The notes below the pieces were generated by a model. That model had not been told where the DNA came from. It made no database searches and worked only from the letters and a program-made list of their open reading frames with translations. A program made the position numbers and the translations under genes. From Gammaproteobacteria bacterium (GTDB taxonomy: Bacteria; Pseudomonadota; Gammaproteobacteria; JABABF01), in assembly GCA_965237805.1 (NCBI GenBank), contig OZ250153.1, positions 1,632,001 to 1,696,000 on the forward strand: 64,000 nucleotides of DNA, read 5' to 3'. This document shows positions 44,197-54,194 of this stretch, piece after piece (the first letter of the stretch is position 1; every line of letters begins with the position of its first letter).

Positions 44197-45390
44197 TCAG
44201 TGTGGGCGCATATAGAGTTGTGCCTGCTCTGGTTCGATGCGGAAATCGAAACGCCGAAGATAATCCATGCCGAGTAAGCCAGCAGCGTTGGATAGCCACG
44301 CCATGTTGGTGGTGGCGATGACCAACCCGTCGACCGTGCGCCCCTCAATGCCGAGGGGGCCGGCTTCGATCAGCTGGGCGGGCACATTGCCGCCGATAGT
44401 TTGCAGATAGGTGATGCCGCGGTCGCTATAGGACATGTGTGTGCGCTGTAGCACAGCGCCGTCAATCACGGTCAGCGAGGCTCCGGTGTCGATCAAAAAT
44501 GGCAGTTTGATCCCGCCGAAGTCCAGCTCGACCAGAAAATGGCGCCCGTGCCGTTTGAGTGGGATAGGCTGTCCCCAGCTGTACTCGTCGCTGTACTCGT
44601 TGCTGTGCTCGCGGTTGCTGTCCTCGACCACGGTTTTAGCCTCGGAGACTGCTTCCTCCTCCTCCCCCTCTTCCGTGCCGAACTGCTTGCGCTCTAAGGC
44701 CTGTGCGCGTTCGCCCCACTGCGGGTGATAGTAGATGCGGTTCAGGCTGTCGCGCGCGTCTGAGCGATCGCCGAGCTGCAGTTGGGTTGTCGCCAGCCGG
44801 TAGAACCACTCGCCATTGCCCGGGTCGAGTATGCTCAGCTCTCGCAACAGTGCCTTCACAGCTGGCCACTGTTTGCCTTGTTGCAATTCGGCCAGCTGCT
44901 GGTTGGCGGTGTTGGTGAATTCGGCTTCCAAGTCGCCGTAGGGTGCCAGTGCCGCATCGTTGCGCAGGGCTTGGTTGCGCAGTGCGCCCAACAGTTCCAA
45001 GGCTTGCTCGAGCTCGCCTTGGCTGCGCAAGATGCGGGCTTTGAGCAATCGGGCGGGGGCATCGTCCGGCACGTACTCCAGTAGCAGATTGAGCAGTTGC
45101 ACTAGCGGCTTGCTGCCGCGTTCGCCGACCCGGGGGATGGTGTATTCGAGCAGCTGCTTGCGGCAGCGATCCCAGCGCGCTGTATTTGTGCGGCAACGCA
45201 GGCGCAATCTCATCGCGGCAGCGGCGTAGTTGCTGGTGGCGAGTAGCTCGTCGAGCTGCCCCGAGGGTGCGGCGCGTGAGGATGTGTTGGGGGGGCTGTG
45301 CGAAGCTAGCCGTGGCGGCGCGTTATTCCGCCACGGCACTGCCCAAGCGATCACCAAGCCGATGACCAGTAGCATTGCCAAGCCCCGCAT
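44197..45390 (-). CDS. TPR plus retropepsin-like aspartic protease
   Basis: N-terminal signal/TM, TPR-like helices, FLIDTGAS and GLLGMDYL. Confidence 0.75.
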   Translation of the reverse strand: MRGLAMLLVIGLVIAWAVPWRNNAPPRLASHSPPNTSSRAAPSGQLDELLATSNYAAAAMRLRLRCRTNTARWDRCRKQLLEYTIPRVGERGSKPLVQLLNLLLEYVPDDAPARLLKARILRSQGELEQALELLGALRNQALRNDAALAPYGDLEAEFTNTANQQLAELQQGKQWPAVKALLRELSILDPGNGEWFYRLATTQLQLGDRSDARDSLNRIYYHPQWGERAQALERKQFGTEEGEEEEAVSEAKTVVEDSNREHSNEYSDEYSWGQPIPLKRHGRHFLVELDFGGIKLPFLIDTGASLTVIDGAVLQRTHMSYSDRGITYLQTIGGNVPAQLIEAGPLGIEGRTVDGLVIATTNMAWLSNAAGLLGMDYLRRFDFRIEPEQAQLYMRPH

Positions 45391-45473
45391 GACGGTTCTC
45401 TACCAGCCCCTCTCCCCCGTCTATTCAGTTCTATAATAATGCGTTGCGGCGCTTTGGGTACCAGAGGAATCCG

Positions 45474-46673
45474 ATGATGGCTGAGTTGGAGGCTTTTCGC
45501 AGCGAGGTGCGGGCGTGGTTGGAGAGCAATTGCCCCGAGTCGATACGCCGCCAGATGCGCCCGGAGGATCGGGTTTGGGCTGCCAGCAAAATCAATTTTC
45601 CCAGCGAGGATGCCAAGCTGTGGTTCGAGCGCATGTCGCAGAAAGGCTGGTGCGCCCCCGACTGGCCGACCGAATACGGTGGTGGCGGTTTGGATCCCGA
45701 GCAGTGCCGGGTGTTGCGCCAAGAGCTGCGTCGGCTGCGCTGTCGCGAGTCGCAGTACAGCTTTGGTCTGACGATGATCGGCCCGGTGTTGTTGGAGTTC
45801 GGTAGCGAAGAGCAAAAACAGGAGTTTCTGCCGCCAATCGTGCGCGGCGAGCTGCGCTGGTGCCAAGGCTACAGCGAGCCGGGTGCTGGCTCTGACCTCG
45901 CCAGTCTGAGCACCAGCGCACGCGACCTGGGCGATCACTATTTGGTCAACGGCCAGAAGATTTGGACCAGCGATGCCGACAAGGCCGATTGGATGTATTG
46001 CTTGGTTCGCACTGATTCCGAGCCAGCGAGCCGCCAGTACGGCATCAGCTTTGTGTTGCTCAAAATGCACCAGCCCGGCATCACGATCAAACCGATCCGG
46101 TTGATCAGTGGAGAATCGCCTTTCTGCGAGGTTTTTTTCGACGATGTCCGGGTCGAGAAACAACACCTGATCGGCCAAGAGAACGCTGGCTGGGCGTTGG
46201 CCAAGCGCCTGTTGCAGCACGAGCGCACGATGATGGCAGACCTCGCTACCGAGAGCGGCACCGAGATCTCCGTGCAGGATATCATCGCCCAAAACCGCGA
46301 GTATCTGTGCGATGAAGACGGGCGCGTCGCCGATCCGGTGTTGCGCAGCCGCTTGGCACAGCATTTGATCAATCGCAGCTGTGTGGCGCAGACCAATGAC
46401 CGGGTGGTCGCCGAGCTGGGTGCCGGTCTGCCAGCACCGGCTTCTCTGGTGATCAAGTACGCCGGCACCGAGGAGGAGAAGCGCCGCAACCAGCTGATCG
46501 TCGATCTGCTCGGCAACCGTGGTCTGGTCTGGGAGGGCGAAGATTTCGACGCGATCGAATGCGATAGTGTGCGTAAATGGCTCAATTCGAGAGCCTATAC
46601 CATCGCTGGCGGCAGCTCGGAAGTGCAGTTGAATATCATCGCCAAGCGCGTGCTGGAGCTGCCTGGGCTATGA
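45474..46673 (+). CDS. Acyl-CoA dehydrogenase
   Basis: WCQGYSEPGAGSDLA, NGQKIWTS and TIAGGSSEVQ. Confidence 0.9.
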   Translation: MMAELEAFRSEVRAWLESNCPESIRRQMRPEDRVWAASKINFPSEDAKLWFERMSQKGWCAPDWPTEYGGGGLDPEQCRVLRQELRRLRCRESQYSFGLTMIGPVLLEFGSEEQKQEFLPPIVRGELRWCQGYSEPGAGSDLASLSTSARDLGDHYLVNGQKIWTSDADKADWMYCLVRTDSEPASRQYGISFVLLKMHQPGITIKPIRLISGESPFCEVFFDDVRVEKQHLIGQENAGWALAKRLLQHERTMMADLATESGTEISVQDIIAQNREYLCDEDGRVADPVLRSRLAQHLINRSCVAQTNDRVVAELGAGLPAPASLVIKYAGTEEEKRRNQLIVDLLGNRGLVWEGEDFDAIECDSVRKWLNSRAYTIAGGSSEVQLNIIAKRVLELPGL

Positions 46674-46862
46674 GCTGGGTGGCGCATTGATGTCCGCCGC
46701 AGGGTGTGTGGCTGAGGTAGAATGCACTCCCTCATATTTGATGCCAGAGCTGGCTGTCATGCCCCTGATCATGGAGCGGTGATGGCACGGTCACGGTTAT
46801 AGTGCGCAGGGATTGTGCGATGGAGCATGGGGCACCGAAGTGCCGAGGCAGCGGGTAACTTG

Positions 46863-47333
46863 ATGGGCGAGACGCACAACTTATTGCGGCAGGATTTCGA
46901 GCTGGGTTATTGCTATACCCGCTCCACCGGGCCGGTGATCGGTCGCTTCCTGACTGGTTTGCGCGATCGGCGTATCGTCGGCGTGCGCGCCAGCGATGGG
47001 CGGGTATTGGTGCCACCGATGGAATTCGACCCGCTCACATCGGAGCCGTTGGCCGATGGCGATTTTGTGGAATTGGAGTCCCACGGCGAGGTGCTCTCGT
47101 GGGCGTGGGTTGCCCAGCCCAGGGCGCAGCAGCCCTTGGAGCAACCATTTGCCTACGCGTTGATTCGGCTGTCCAACGAGGGCACGGGCGATGCCGAGGT
47201 GGTGCCGATGCTACATGCGGTCGCTGTTGACGGTGACGAGTCGGCGATGCACAGCGGCATGTCGGTGCGCGCTTGTTGGGCTGATGAGCGTGTCGGCACC
47301 ATGGCCGATCTGCGTTACTTCACAGCTATTTAG
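46863..47333 (+). CDS. DUF35/OB-fold protein (like the Rv3521 N-half)
   Basis: RRIVGVRASDGRVLVPP.EFDP and QPLEQPFAYALI. Confidence 0.8.
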   Translation: MGETHNLLRQDFELGYCYTRSTGPVIGRFLTGLRDRRIVGVRASDGRVLVPPMEFDPLTSEPLADGDFVELESHGEVLSWAWVAQPRAQQPLEQPFAYALIRLSNEGTGDAEVVPMLHAVAVDGDESAMHSGMSVRACWADERVGTMADLRYFTAI

Positions 47334-47409
47334 ACATCGAGCGGACGGTCTGTGTTGCGATGCGATCGATGCCAGGGCATGCTTTGCCCGTGATTGAAGG
47401 AGGCTAGCG

Positions 47410-47949
47410 ATGGCCGATGACAAATCCGGTGCGGCGGTCGACGGGCCGGTGACGATGGTCGACTCGCCGATCCACCTGCAGTACACCGGCACCGCCGGTC
47501 GCTCAGCCAGCGTGTTTCTGAGAGGCATCGCCGAGGGGCGCATCGTCGGGATGCACTGTGCTGGCAGCGACGAGGTCTACATGCCGCCGCGCGGTTCCTG
47601 TCCCAAGCTGGGGCAGCCGACTACCGAGGAGGTAGAGCTCAGCGGCAAGGGGACGGTCACCAGCTTCACCATCGTGCATATCCCGATTCCGGGCAATCCG
47701 ATCAAGCCGCCATTTGCCGTCGGCGAGATCCGCTTTGATGGTTGCGCGCTCAGCTTTATCCACCTGATCAGCGGCATCGACCCCGCCGATGTGCGCATCG
47801 GCATGCGCGTGGAGCCGCATTGGCGCCCGCGTGAGGAGTGGACTTATAGTTTTGAGAACATCAAGTACTTCCAGCCGCTGGACGAGCCGGACATCGACCC
47901 CGAGGAATTATTGCGCGCGCCACCCGGCACGGTGGGGGCGAGGTCATGA
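47410..47949 (+). CDS. DUF35/OB-fold protein (like the Rv3521 C-half)
   Basis: VYMPPRGSCP, GTVTSFTIV and VRIGMRVEPHWRPREEW. Confidence 0.8.
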   Translation: MADDKSGAAVDGPVTMVDSPIHLQYTGTAGRSASVFLRGIAEGRIVGMHCAGSDEVYMPPRGSCPKLGQPTTEEVELSGKGTVTSFTIVHIPIPGNPIKPPFAVGEIRFDGCALSFIHLISGIDPADVRIGMRVEPHWRPREEWTYSFENIKYFQPLDEPDIDPEELLRAPPGTVGARS

Positions 47950-47983
47950 GCTTTTGCGGGCGCGTGCTGCGGGAGCTGTGGCG

Positions 47984-49039
47984 ATGAAAGAAGTGGCCTT
48001 GGTCGCCTATGCGCAGACCCCGATGCGCAGTGATGCGGGGGCGCTCAACGAAGTCGAGTTGCTGATGCCGCCGATCACCGAGGTGCGCGAGCGGGCTGGC
48101 CTCGCCATGTCGGAGATCGATTTCACTTGCTCGGGCAGCTGCGACTACCTGCAGGGGGCGTCTTTCGCTTTTGTCGAAGGTGTCGACGCGGTCGGCGCGG
48201 TGCCGCCGATCTGCGAATCCCATGTCGAGATGGATGCGGCGTGGGCGCTGTACGAGGCTTGGCTGGAAATCCAATCCGGCGCGGCACAAACTGCATTGGT
48301 CTACGGTTTCAGCAAGTCCTCGCCCGGCGATTTGCCGTTGATATTGGCTTTGCAGCTGGATCCCTATTACCTGTTGCCGCTGTGGCCAGATGCCGTCAGC
48401 TTGGCGGCGCTGCAGGCGCGGGTAGCCTTGGAGGGCAAGCTGATCAGTGAGCGGGAGATGGCCGAGGTGGTCTCGCGTAGCCGTCGTGCGGCGATGGGTA
48501 ATCAGCACGCACTGCTCAGCGGCGAGTACAGCGTCGATGAGCTGCTGGCAGAGCCGCTATTTGCCTCGCCGTTGCGGCGTCACGACTGCCCGCCAATCAC
48601 CGACGGTGCCTCGGCACTGATCTTGGCCACCGCCGAGCGGGCGCGGGAACTCTGCGAGCGACCGGTGTATCTGCGCGGCATTGAGCACCGCATCGAGTCT
48701 TCACATCTGGGTCTGCGCGACTTGGCGCGCTCGGTGTCCACCGCCCAAGCTGCCGAGGCCGCCGGTGTGGCAGGAGACAAAGTGGAGGTGGCCGAGCTGC
48801 ATGCCCAGTTCAGCCATCAGGAGCTGTTGCTCCAGCAGGCTTTGGGTTTGTCTGAGCAGACGCTGATCAATCCTTCGGGTGGGCCGTTGGCGGGCAATAT
48901 CATGATGGCTGCCGGTTTGGATCGTATCGGCTCGGCGATGGAGCATATCGCCGCCGGGCGCGCCGACCGCGGCCTTGCCCACGCCAGTTCGGGGCCTTGT
49001 ATGCAACAGAATATGGTCGTTGTGATGGAGGGTGCCTGA
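47984..49039 (+). CDS. ltp4: Thiolase-superfamily aldolase subunit Ltp4
   Basis: CSGSCDYL, ESHVEMDAAWALYEAW and QLDPY, as in Rv3522. Confidence 0.8.
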   Translation: MKEVALVAYAQTPMRSDAGALNEVELLMPPITEVRERAGLAMSEIDFTCSGSCDYLQGASFAFVEGVDAVGAVPPICESHVEMDAAWALYEAWLEIQSGAAQTALVYGFSKSSPGDLPLILALQLDPYYLLPLWPDAVSLAALQARVALEGKLISEREMAEVVSRSRRAAMGNQHALLSGEYSVDELLAEPLFASPLRRHDCPPITDGASALILATAERARELCERPVYLRGIEHRIESSHLGLRDLARSVSTAQAAEAAGVAGDKVEVAELHAQFSHQELLLQQALGLSEQTLINPSGGPLAGNIMMAAGLDRIGSAMEHIAAGRADRGLAHASSGPCMQQNMVVVMEGA

Positions 49040-50196
49040 TGGCGGAACTGGCTGCAGTGGTCGGTATTGGGCAGACCAAATACCAGACCCGACACATCGA
49101 TGTGTCGATTCCAGGTCTGGTGCGCCAAGCGGCACAGCTGGCGCTCGACGATGCTGGGATGAGTTGGGATGACATCGACGCGGTGGTGCTCGGCAAGGCA
49201 CCGGATATGTTTGAGGGCGTGATGATGCCCGAGCTGTCGATGGCCGATGCCCTCGGCGCGGTCGGCAAACCGATCTTGCGCGTGCATACCGCTGGCTCGG
49301 TCGGCGGTGCCACCGGCCTAGTCGCCGCCTCCCATGTGCACAGCGGTGTCTTCCGCCGCGTGTTGACGGTCTGCTACGAGAAGCAGTCGGAGTCCAACGC
49401 CATGTGGGCACTGTCCTCCAAGCGCCCGTTCATGGTGCATGTCAACGCCGGTGCCGGTGGCAACTTCGCCCCGCATATGCGCGAGTACATCCGGCGCCAC
49501 AAAGTGCCGTCTCATATCGGCATGAAAGTGGCGGTCAAAGACCGCCTTCATGCTCTAAAAAATCCCTTGGCTCACTTGCAGTTACCAGATATCAGTATGA
49601 AGATGGTAGAGGACTCCCCAATGCTCTGGGATCCGATCCGTTTCCTCGAGAGCTGCCCCTCTTCCGACGGTGCCTGCGCGATGGTGATCACCGACGCCAA
49701 GACAGCGGCGGCGTGCCCGCAGCCGCCGGTGTGGATCCGGGCGATGGCGCGGCGTACCGAGCCGACGATGTACGCTTGGCGCGAGATGGTCAACCCATGG
49801 GCGGGGCGCGATTGCGCCCACGAGCTCTACCGCCAAGTGGGCATCCGCAACCCGCGCAAGGAGTTGGACTTGGCCGAGCTCTATGTGCCCTTCAGTTGGT
49901 ACGAGCCGATGTGGCTGGAGAATTTGGGTTTTGCCGAAGAGGGTCAAGGTTGGCGCCTGACCGACGAGGATGTGACCGCCATCGGCGGCGACATGCCGAT
50001 CAACCCCTCGGGTGGTGTGCTGTCCTCCAATCCCATCGGTGCCTCCGGCATGATCCGTTTCGCCGAGGCGGCGCTCCAAGTGCGCGGCACCGCCGGTGGT
50101 CACCAAATCGATGGTGCACGCATGGCGATGGGGCATGCTTACGGCGGCAATTCGCAGTTCTTCGCCATGTGGATCGTCAGCTCGGAGCGCCCCTGA
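49039..50196 (+). CDS. ltp3: Thiolase-superfamily aldolase subunit Ltp3
   Basis: GKAPDMFEGVMMPEL, RVHTAGSVGG and GHAYGG.SQFFAMW, as in Rv3523. Confidence 0.82.
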   Translation: MAELAAVVGIGQTKYQTRHIDVSIPGLVRQAAQLALDDAGMSWDDIDAVVLGKAPDMFEGVMMPELSMADALGAVGKPILRVHTAGSVGGATGLVAASHVHSGVFRRVLTVCYEKQSESNAMWALSSKRPFMVHVNAGAGGNFAPHMREYIRRHKVPSHIGMKVAVKDRLHALKNPLAHLQLPDISMKMVEDSPMLWDPIRFLESCPSSDGACAMVITDAKTAAACPQPPVWIRAMARRTEPTMYAWREMVNPWAGRDCAHELYRQVGIRNPRKELDLAELYVPFSWYEPMWLENLGFAEEGQGWRLTDEDVTAIGGDMPINPSGGVLSSNPIGASGMIRFAEAALQVRGTAGGHQIDGARMAMGHAYGGNSQFFAMWIVSSERP

Positions 50197-50254
50197 TGCG
50201 GTCACAGCGACAGTGGCGGCGGACTAGGTGGTCTAGTGCGAGCGGCGCGGCGAG

Positions 50255-51907
50255 ATGAGCGGGGCAACTTTGAATTTGGCAGATCTCTTTGAGATCACCG
50301 CCGACACGGTCGGCGAGGAACGCGAGGCCATGATCTGCGACGAGCGTCGCTACAGTTACCGAGAGTACGACGAGCGGGCCACCCGCTTGGCCAACCACCT
50401 GCTGGCACAGGGTGTTGCGCCCGGCGACCATATCGGCCTCTATATGTACAGCCGCCCGGAATACATTGAGGCCACGGTGGCCTGCATGAAAATCCGTGCG
50501 GTGCCGATCAATATCAATTATCGCTATGTCGGTGAGGAGCTGCTCTATGTCTTCGACAATGCCGATTTGGTCGGCCTGATCCACGCCCGCGAGTTCAGCC
50601 CACTGATCGACAGTGTGCGCCCCAAGCTGCCCAAGCTGCGGCAATTCATCGTGGTGGAGGATGACACAGATGCCGCCACCGATGCCATTGAATACGAGGC
50701 GGCTTTGGCCGCGGCCTCGCCGGAGCGCGACTTCGCACCGCGCTCTGGGGACGATCTGTTCATCCTCTACACCGGCGGCACTACCGGCCTGCCCAAGGGG
50801 GTGATGTGGCCACACAAAGATCTGATCTACAGCAGCATGGGGGGCTTTGGCTACTACCACCCAGACGGTCCGATCAAGAGTGCGGACGAGCTGCCCGCGC
50901 GGGTGCGTGACGGCCTCTACCTGCGCGGCCTGCCGTTGGCACCGCTGATGCACGGTGCCTGTTGGTGGTACTCCTGCATCGCGCTGGGTTGTGGGCAGAC
51001 ACTGGTGCTGTACCCGGATCGCTCGCTGGTCGGCGAGCGCGCTTGGGATATCGCCGAGCGCGAGAAAGTCAACTCCATCAGCTTCGTCGGTGATGCGATG
51101 GGGATGCCCTTGCTCGATGCTCTGCGCGCCAATCCAGAGCGCTGGAAATTGGACAGCCTGTTTCAGATCGGCTCCGGCGGCGCGGTGTTTTCTGAAACCG
51201 TGCAAGCGGGCTTCAAGGAATTTTTCCCCGAGATCGTGATCAGCAACACCTTTGGCTCTTCGGAGACTGGCATGCAGGGGCAAGATGACGGCTCCGGCGG
51301 TGGCGGTGGCTTAGGTCGCATCGCCCGTGGCGAGCAGGCCGATGTCATCACTGAGGATCACCGTTTCGTGCAGCCGGGCTCCGGCGAGCAGGGTTATCTG
51401 GCGCGCTCTGGGCATGTGCCGCTGGGCTATTACAACGACCCCGAGCGCACTGCCAAATCTGTGATCAATGTGGATGGCAAGCGCTGGATGCTGACCGGCG
51501 ATTGGGCGACCATCGATGAATACGGTGGCATTGTTATCTTCGGTCGCGGCAGCAATTGCATCAACAGCGGCGGCGAGAAAATTTTTCCGGAGGAGGTCGA
51601 GCAGGCGCTCAAGCACCATCCCGATATTTTCGATGCGCTGGTGATCGGCACGGCGGATGAGCGCTTCACCGAGCGTGTCTGCGCGGTGGTGCGCCCGCGT
51701 GATGGTGGCGATGCTCCTTCGCTGTCTTCGCTGCAGGAAGTGTGCCGCCGCCATATCGCTGGCTACAAAGTGCCACGCGAGTTGCATCTCGTCGACGAGG
51801 TGCCGCGCACGGCGAGTGGCAAGCCGGATTACCCGGCGGTGCGCAAACTGGCAGCCGCCGGGGAGTTCTTCTGCGAAGCACAAGCGGCGGGGAGCAAGGC
51901 GAGCTAG
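50255..51907 (+). CDS. fadD19: Acyl-CoA synthetase, FadD19-like
   Basis: LNLADLFE, YTGGTTGLPKGVMW, GRGSNCINSGGEK and SGKPDY; cluster context. Confidence 0.75.
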   Translation: MSGATLNLADLFEITADTVGEEREAMICDERRYSYREYDERATRLANHLLAQGVAPGDHIGLYMYSRPEYIEATVACMKIRAVPININYRYVGEELLYVFDNADLVGLIHAREFSPLIDSVRPKLPKLRQFIVVEDDTDAATDAIEYEAALAAASPERDFAPRSGDDLFILYTGGTTGLPKGVMWPHKDLIYSSMGGFGYYHPDGPIKSADELPARVRDGLYLRGLPLAPLMHGACWWYSCIALGCGQTLVLYPDRSLVGERAWDIAEREKVNSISFVGDAMGMPLLDALRANPERWKLDSLFQIGSGGAVFSETVQAGFKEFFPEIVISNTFGSSETGMQGQDDGSGGGGGLGRIARGEQADVITEDHRFVQPGSGEQGYLARSGHVPLGYYNDPERTAKSVINVDGKRWMLTGDWATIDEYGGIVIFGRGSNCINSGGEKIFPEEVEQALKHHPDIFDALVIGTADERFTERVCAVVRPRDGGDAPSLSSLQEVCRRHIAGYKVPRELHLVDEVPRTASGKPDYPAVRKLAAAGEFFCEAQAAGSKAS

Positions 51908-51967
51908 CGTTGCTCCTCGGACACCACGACAAATGATTTCACCATTCACTTCAAGGAGTGACACACC

Positions 51968-52795
51968 ATGACTAGAGCAGCACTGGATTGCAGCAGCGAG
52001 CATTGCATCATCGAGCGCGACGGGCCGATTTTGCTCGTCACGCTAAACCGCCCGGAGAAAAAGAATGCGCTGAGCCCGTCGATGTTGCTCGGCCTCTACG
52101 ACGCTTGGCAGGCTCTGCGTGAGGACGACTCATTGATGTGTGCGGTGTTGACCGGCAATGGCAATAACTTCTGCTCTGGGATGGATCTCAAGCAGGGCAG
52201 AACCCTCGAGGAGTCCGAGGCCGGTCGCGCGATTGTGGAGCGCATGAAGGCTGTTCCAGATCTGCACTGGCAAGCGCTGTTGCGCGACAAGCGGCCAGCC
52301 AAGCCGATTCTCTTGGCGGTGGAGAGTTATGCGGTGGCTGGTGGCAGCGAGATCCTGCAGGGCACAGACATTCGCGTGGCCTCAGACAATGCGGTGTTTG
52401 GCATCACCGAAGTGGTGCGCGGCCTCTACCCGATGGGTGGCTCGGCGGTGCGCTTGCGCCGTCAGATACCCTATTGCTTGGCAGCGGAGATGCTGTTGCT
52501 CGGTCGCAATATCAGCGCCGAGGAAGCGCTGCGCTTCGGCCTGATCAACAAGGTCGTGCCGGTCGGCATGGCCTTTGAGTGTGCGCTGGCGATGGCGCGC
52601 CAGCTGTGCCGCAACGGCCCATTGTCGATTATTGCCACGATGCGCACCTTGCGTGAGATTGAGGAGTGCGACAGCGAAGCGGTGGCGATGCCCAAGGTGG
52701 ATGAGATCGGTTGGCCAGTGATCCAGAGCGAGGATGCCAAAGAGGGCATGAGCGCCTTTGTTGAGCGTCGCCTCGCCAATTTCAAAGGGCGCTAG
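51968..52795 (+). CDS. echA19: Enoyl-CoA hydratase, EchA19-like
   Basis: FCSGMDLK, GGSEILQGTDIRVA and LYPMGGSAVRL.RQIPY. Confidence 0.8.
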   Translation: MTRAALDCSSEHCIIERDGPILLVTLNRPEKKNALSPSMLLGLYDAWQALREDDSLMCAVLTGNGNNFCSGMDLKQGRTLEESEAGRAIVERMKAVPDLHWQALLRDKRPAKPILLAVESYAVAGGSEILQGTDIRVASDNAVFGITEVVRGLYPMGGSAVRLRRQIPYCLAAEMLLLGRNISAEEALRFGLINKVVPVGMAFECALAMARQLCRNGPLSIIATMRTLREIEECDSEAVAMPKVDEIGWPVIQSEDAKEGMSAFVERRLANFKGR

Positions 52796-52853
52796 TATCC
52801 GTGGCGATGCCACCCGTTGACCATCGCAGCTCGCGACTGGGGAGGATGCACTG

Positions 52854-54017
52854 ATGGGGCCGCTGGCGGGTCTGCGCATCGTCGAATTCGCCGGCTTGGG
52901 GCCGGCACCTTTTGCCTGCATGTTATTGGCCGACCTCGGTGCAGAAGTCATCCGCATCGACCGCCCTGGAAATTCGCTGCTGGGGCCTACTGGCACCCCC
53001 GGCGATGTCATGAACCGGGGGCGGCGTACCATCGCACTTAATTTGAAAGCGTCCGAGGGCATCGAGTTGGCCTTGCGCTTAGTCGACAGTGCCGATGCCT
53101 TGGTCGAGGGATTTCGCCCCGGCGTGATGGAGAAACTTGGCTTGGGTCCCGCTGTCTGCACCGCACGCAATCAGGCTTTGGTCTATGCCCGCATGACCGG
53201 TTGGGGGCAGGACGGTCCACTGGCCCATGCAGCTGGTCACGATTTAAATTACATCGCTATTACCGGTGCGCTGGCAGCCATCGGGCGGCACGATTCCGGA
53301 CCGGTGCCACCATTAAATTTGATCGGCGATTTCGGTGGTGGCTCGCTGTATTTGGTGTTCGGCATCTGTGCGGCGCTGTTGGAGCGCGGACGTTCCGGGC
53401 AGGGGCAGGTACTCGATGTGGCGATTAGCGATGGTGTCGCCTCTTTGATGGCACCGCTGTTTGCCTTCCACGGTAGCGGCCTGTGGAGCGGTCAGCGCCA
53501 AGACAATATGCTCGACGGCGGCGCACCTTTTTACGATAGCTACGAGTGCGCTGATGGCGAGTGGATTAGCATCGGCTCCATCGAGACCCAGTTCTATGCC
53601 GAGCTGGCTGAAAAGCTCGGCGAAGATTTGGGCGCGGCCGATTTGATGCAGCGTTTGGATCGCGCCGAGTGGCCGCAGCGCAAGGCCCAGCTGCGGGAGA
53701 TTTTCCTGCGCCGCACACGCGAGCAGTGGTGCGAGCTACTCGAGGGAAGCGATGTCTGTTTTGCGCCAGTGCTGTCGATGGCCGAGGCTCCCGATCATCC
53801 TCACAACCGTGCGCGCGATACTTTTGTGGAGCGAGACGGCATCGTGCAGCCGACACCGACACCGAATTTTTCTCGCAGTGATTGTGAGCTACCCAGCCCG
53901 CCGCCGGTGCCGGGTCGAGACACTCGGGCGCTGTTGGCTGAACTCGGCTGCGTCGACGCTGAGATCGAGCAGCTGCTGGCGGGCGGTATCGCCTCCGAGC
54001 CGATAGCAGAAAAATAG
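52854..54017 (+). CDS. mcr: CaiB/BaiF family, alpha-methylacyl-CoA racemase-like
   Basis: AGLGPAP, EGFRPGV, GHDLNY, GDFGGG and LDGGAPFY. Confidence 0.75.
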   Translation: MGPLAGLRIVEFAGLGPAPFACMLLADLGAEVIRIDRPGNSLLGPTGTPGDVMNRGRRTIALNLKASEGIELALRLVDSADALVEGFRPGVMEKLGLGPAVCTARNQALVYARMTGWGQDGPLAHAAGHDLNYIAITGALAAIGRHDSGPVPPLNLIGDFGGGSLYLVFGICAALLERGRSGQGQVLDVAISDGVASLMAPLFAFHGSGLWSGQRQDNMLDGGAPFYDSYECADGEWISIGSIETQFYAELAEKLGEDLGAADLMQRLDRAEWPQRKAQLREIFLRRTREQWCELLEGSDVCFAPVLSMAEAPDHPHNRARDTFVERDGIVQPTPTPNFSRSDCELPSPPPVPGRDTRALLAELGCVDAEIEQLLAGGIASEPIAEK

Positions 54018-54194
54018 CTTGAACGATGCCGTCGTGGCATCGCAACATCGGTTGACAGCGCTGGTGGAAATCCCTTGCCATATATCGTTTATACTGCCCA
54101 TTGATCGTTTGACATGTCTTTGATTTTTTGCATTGCGTCGGTGACACTGCGTTGTCCCGCCGCATTCATCAGGGCTTTGTCCGACCGGTAGGGG

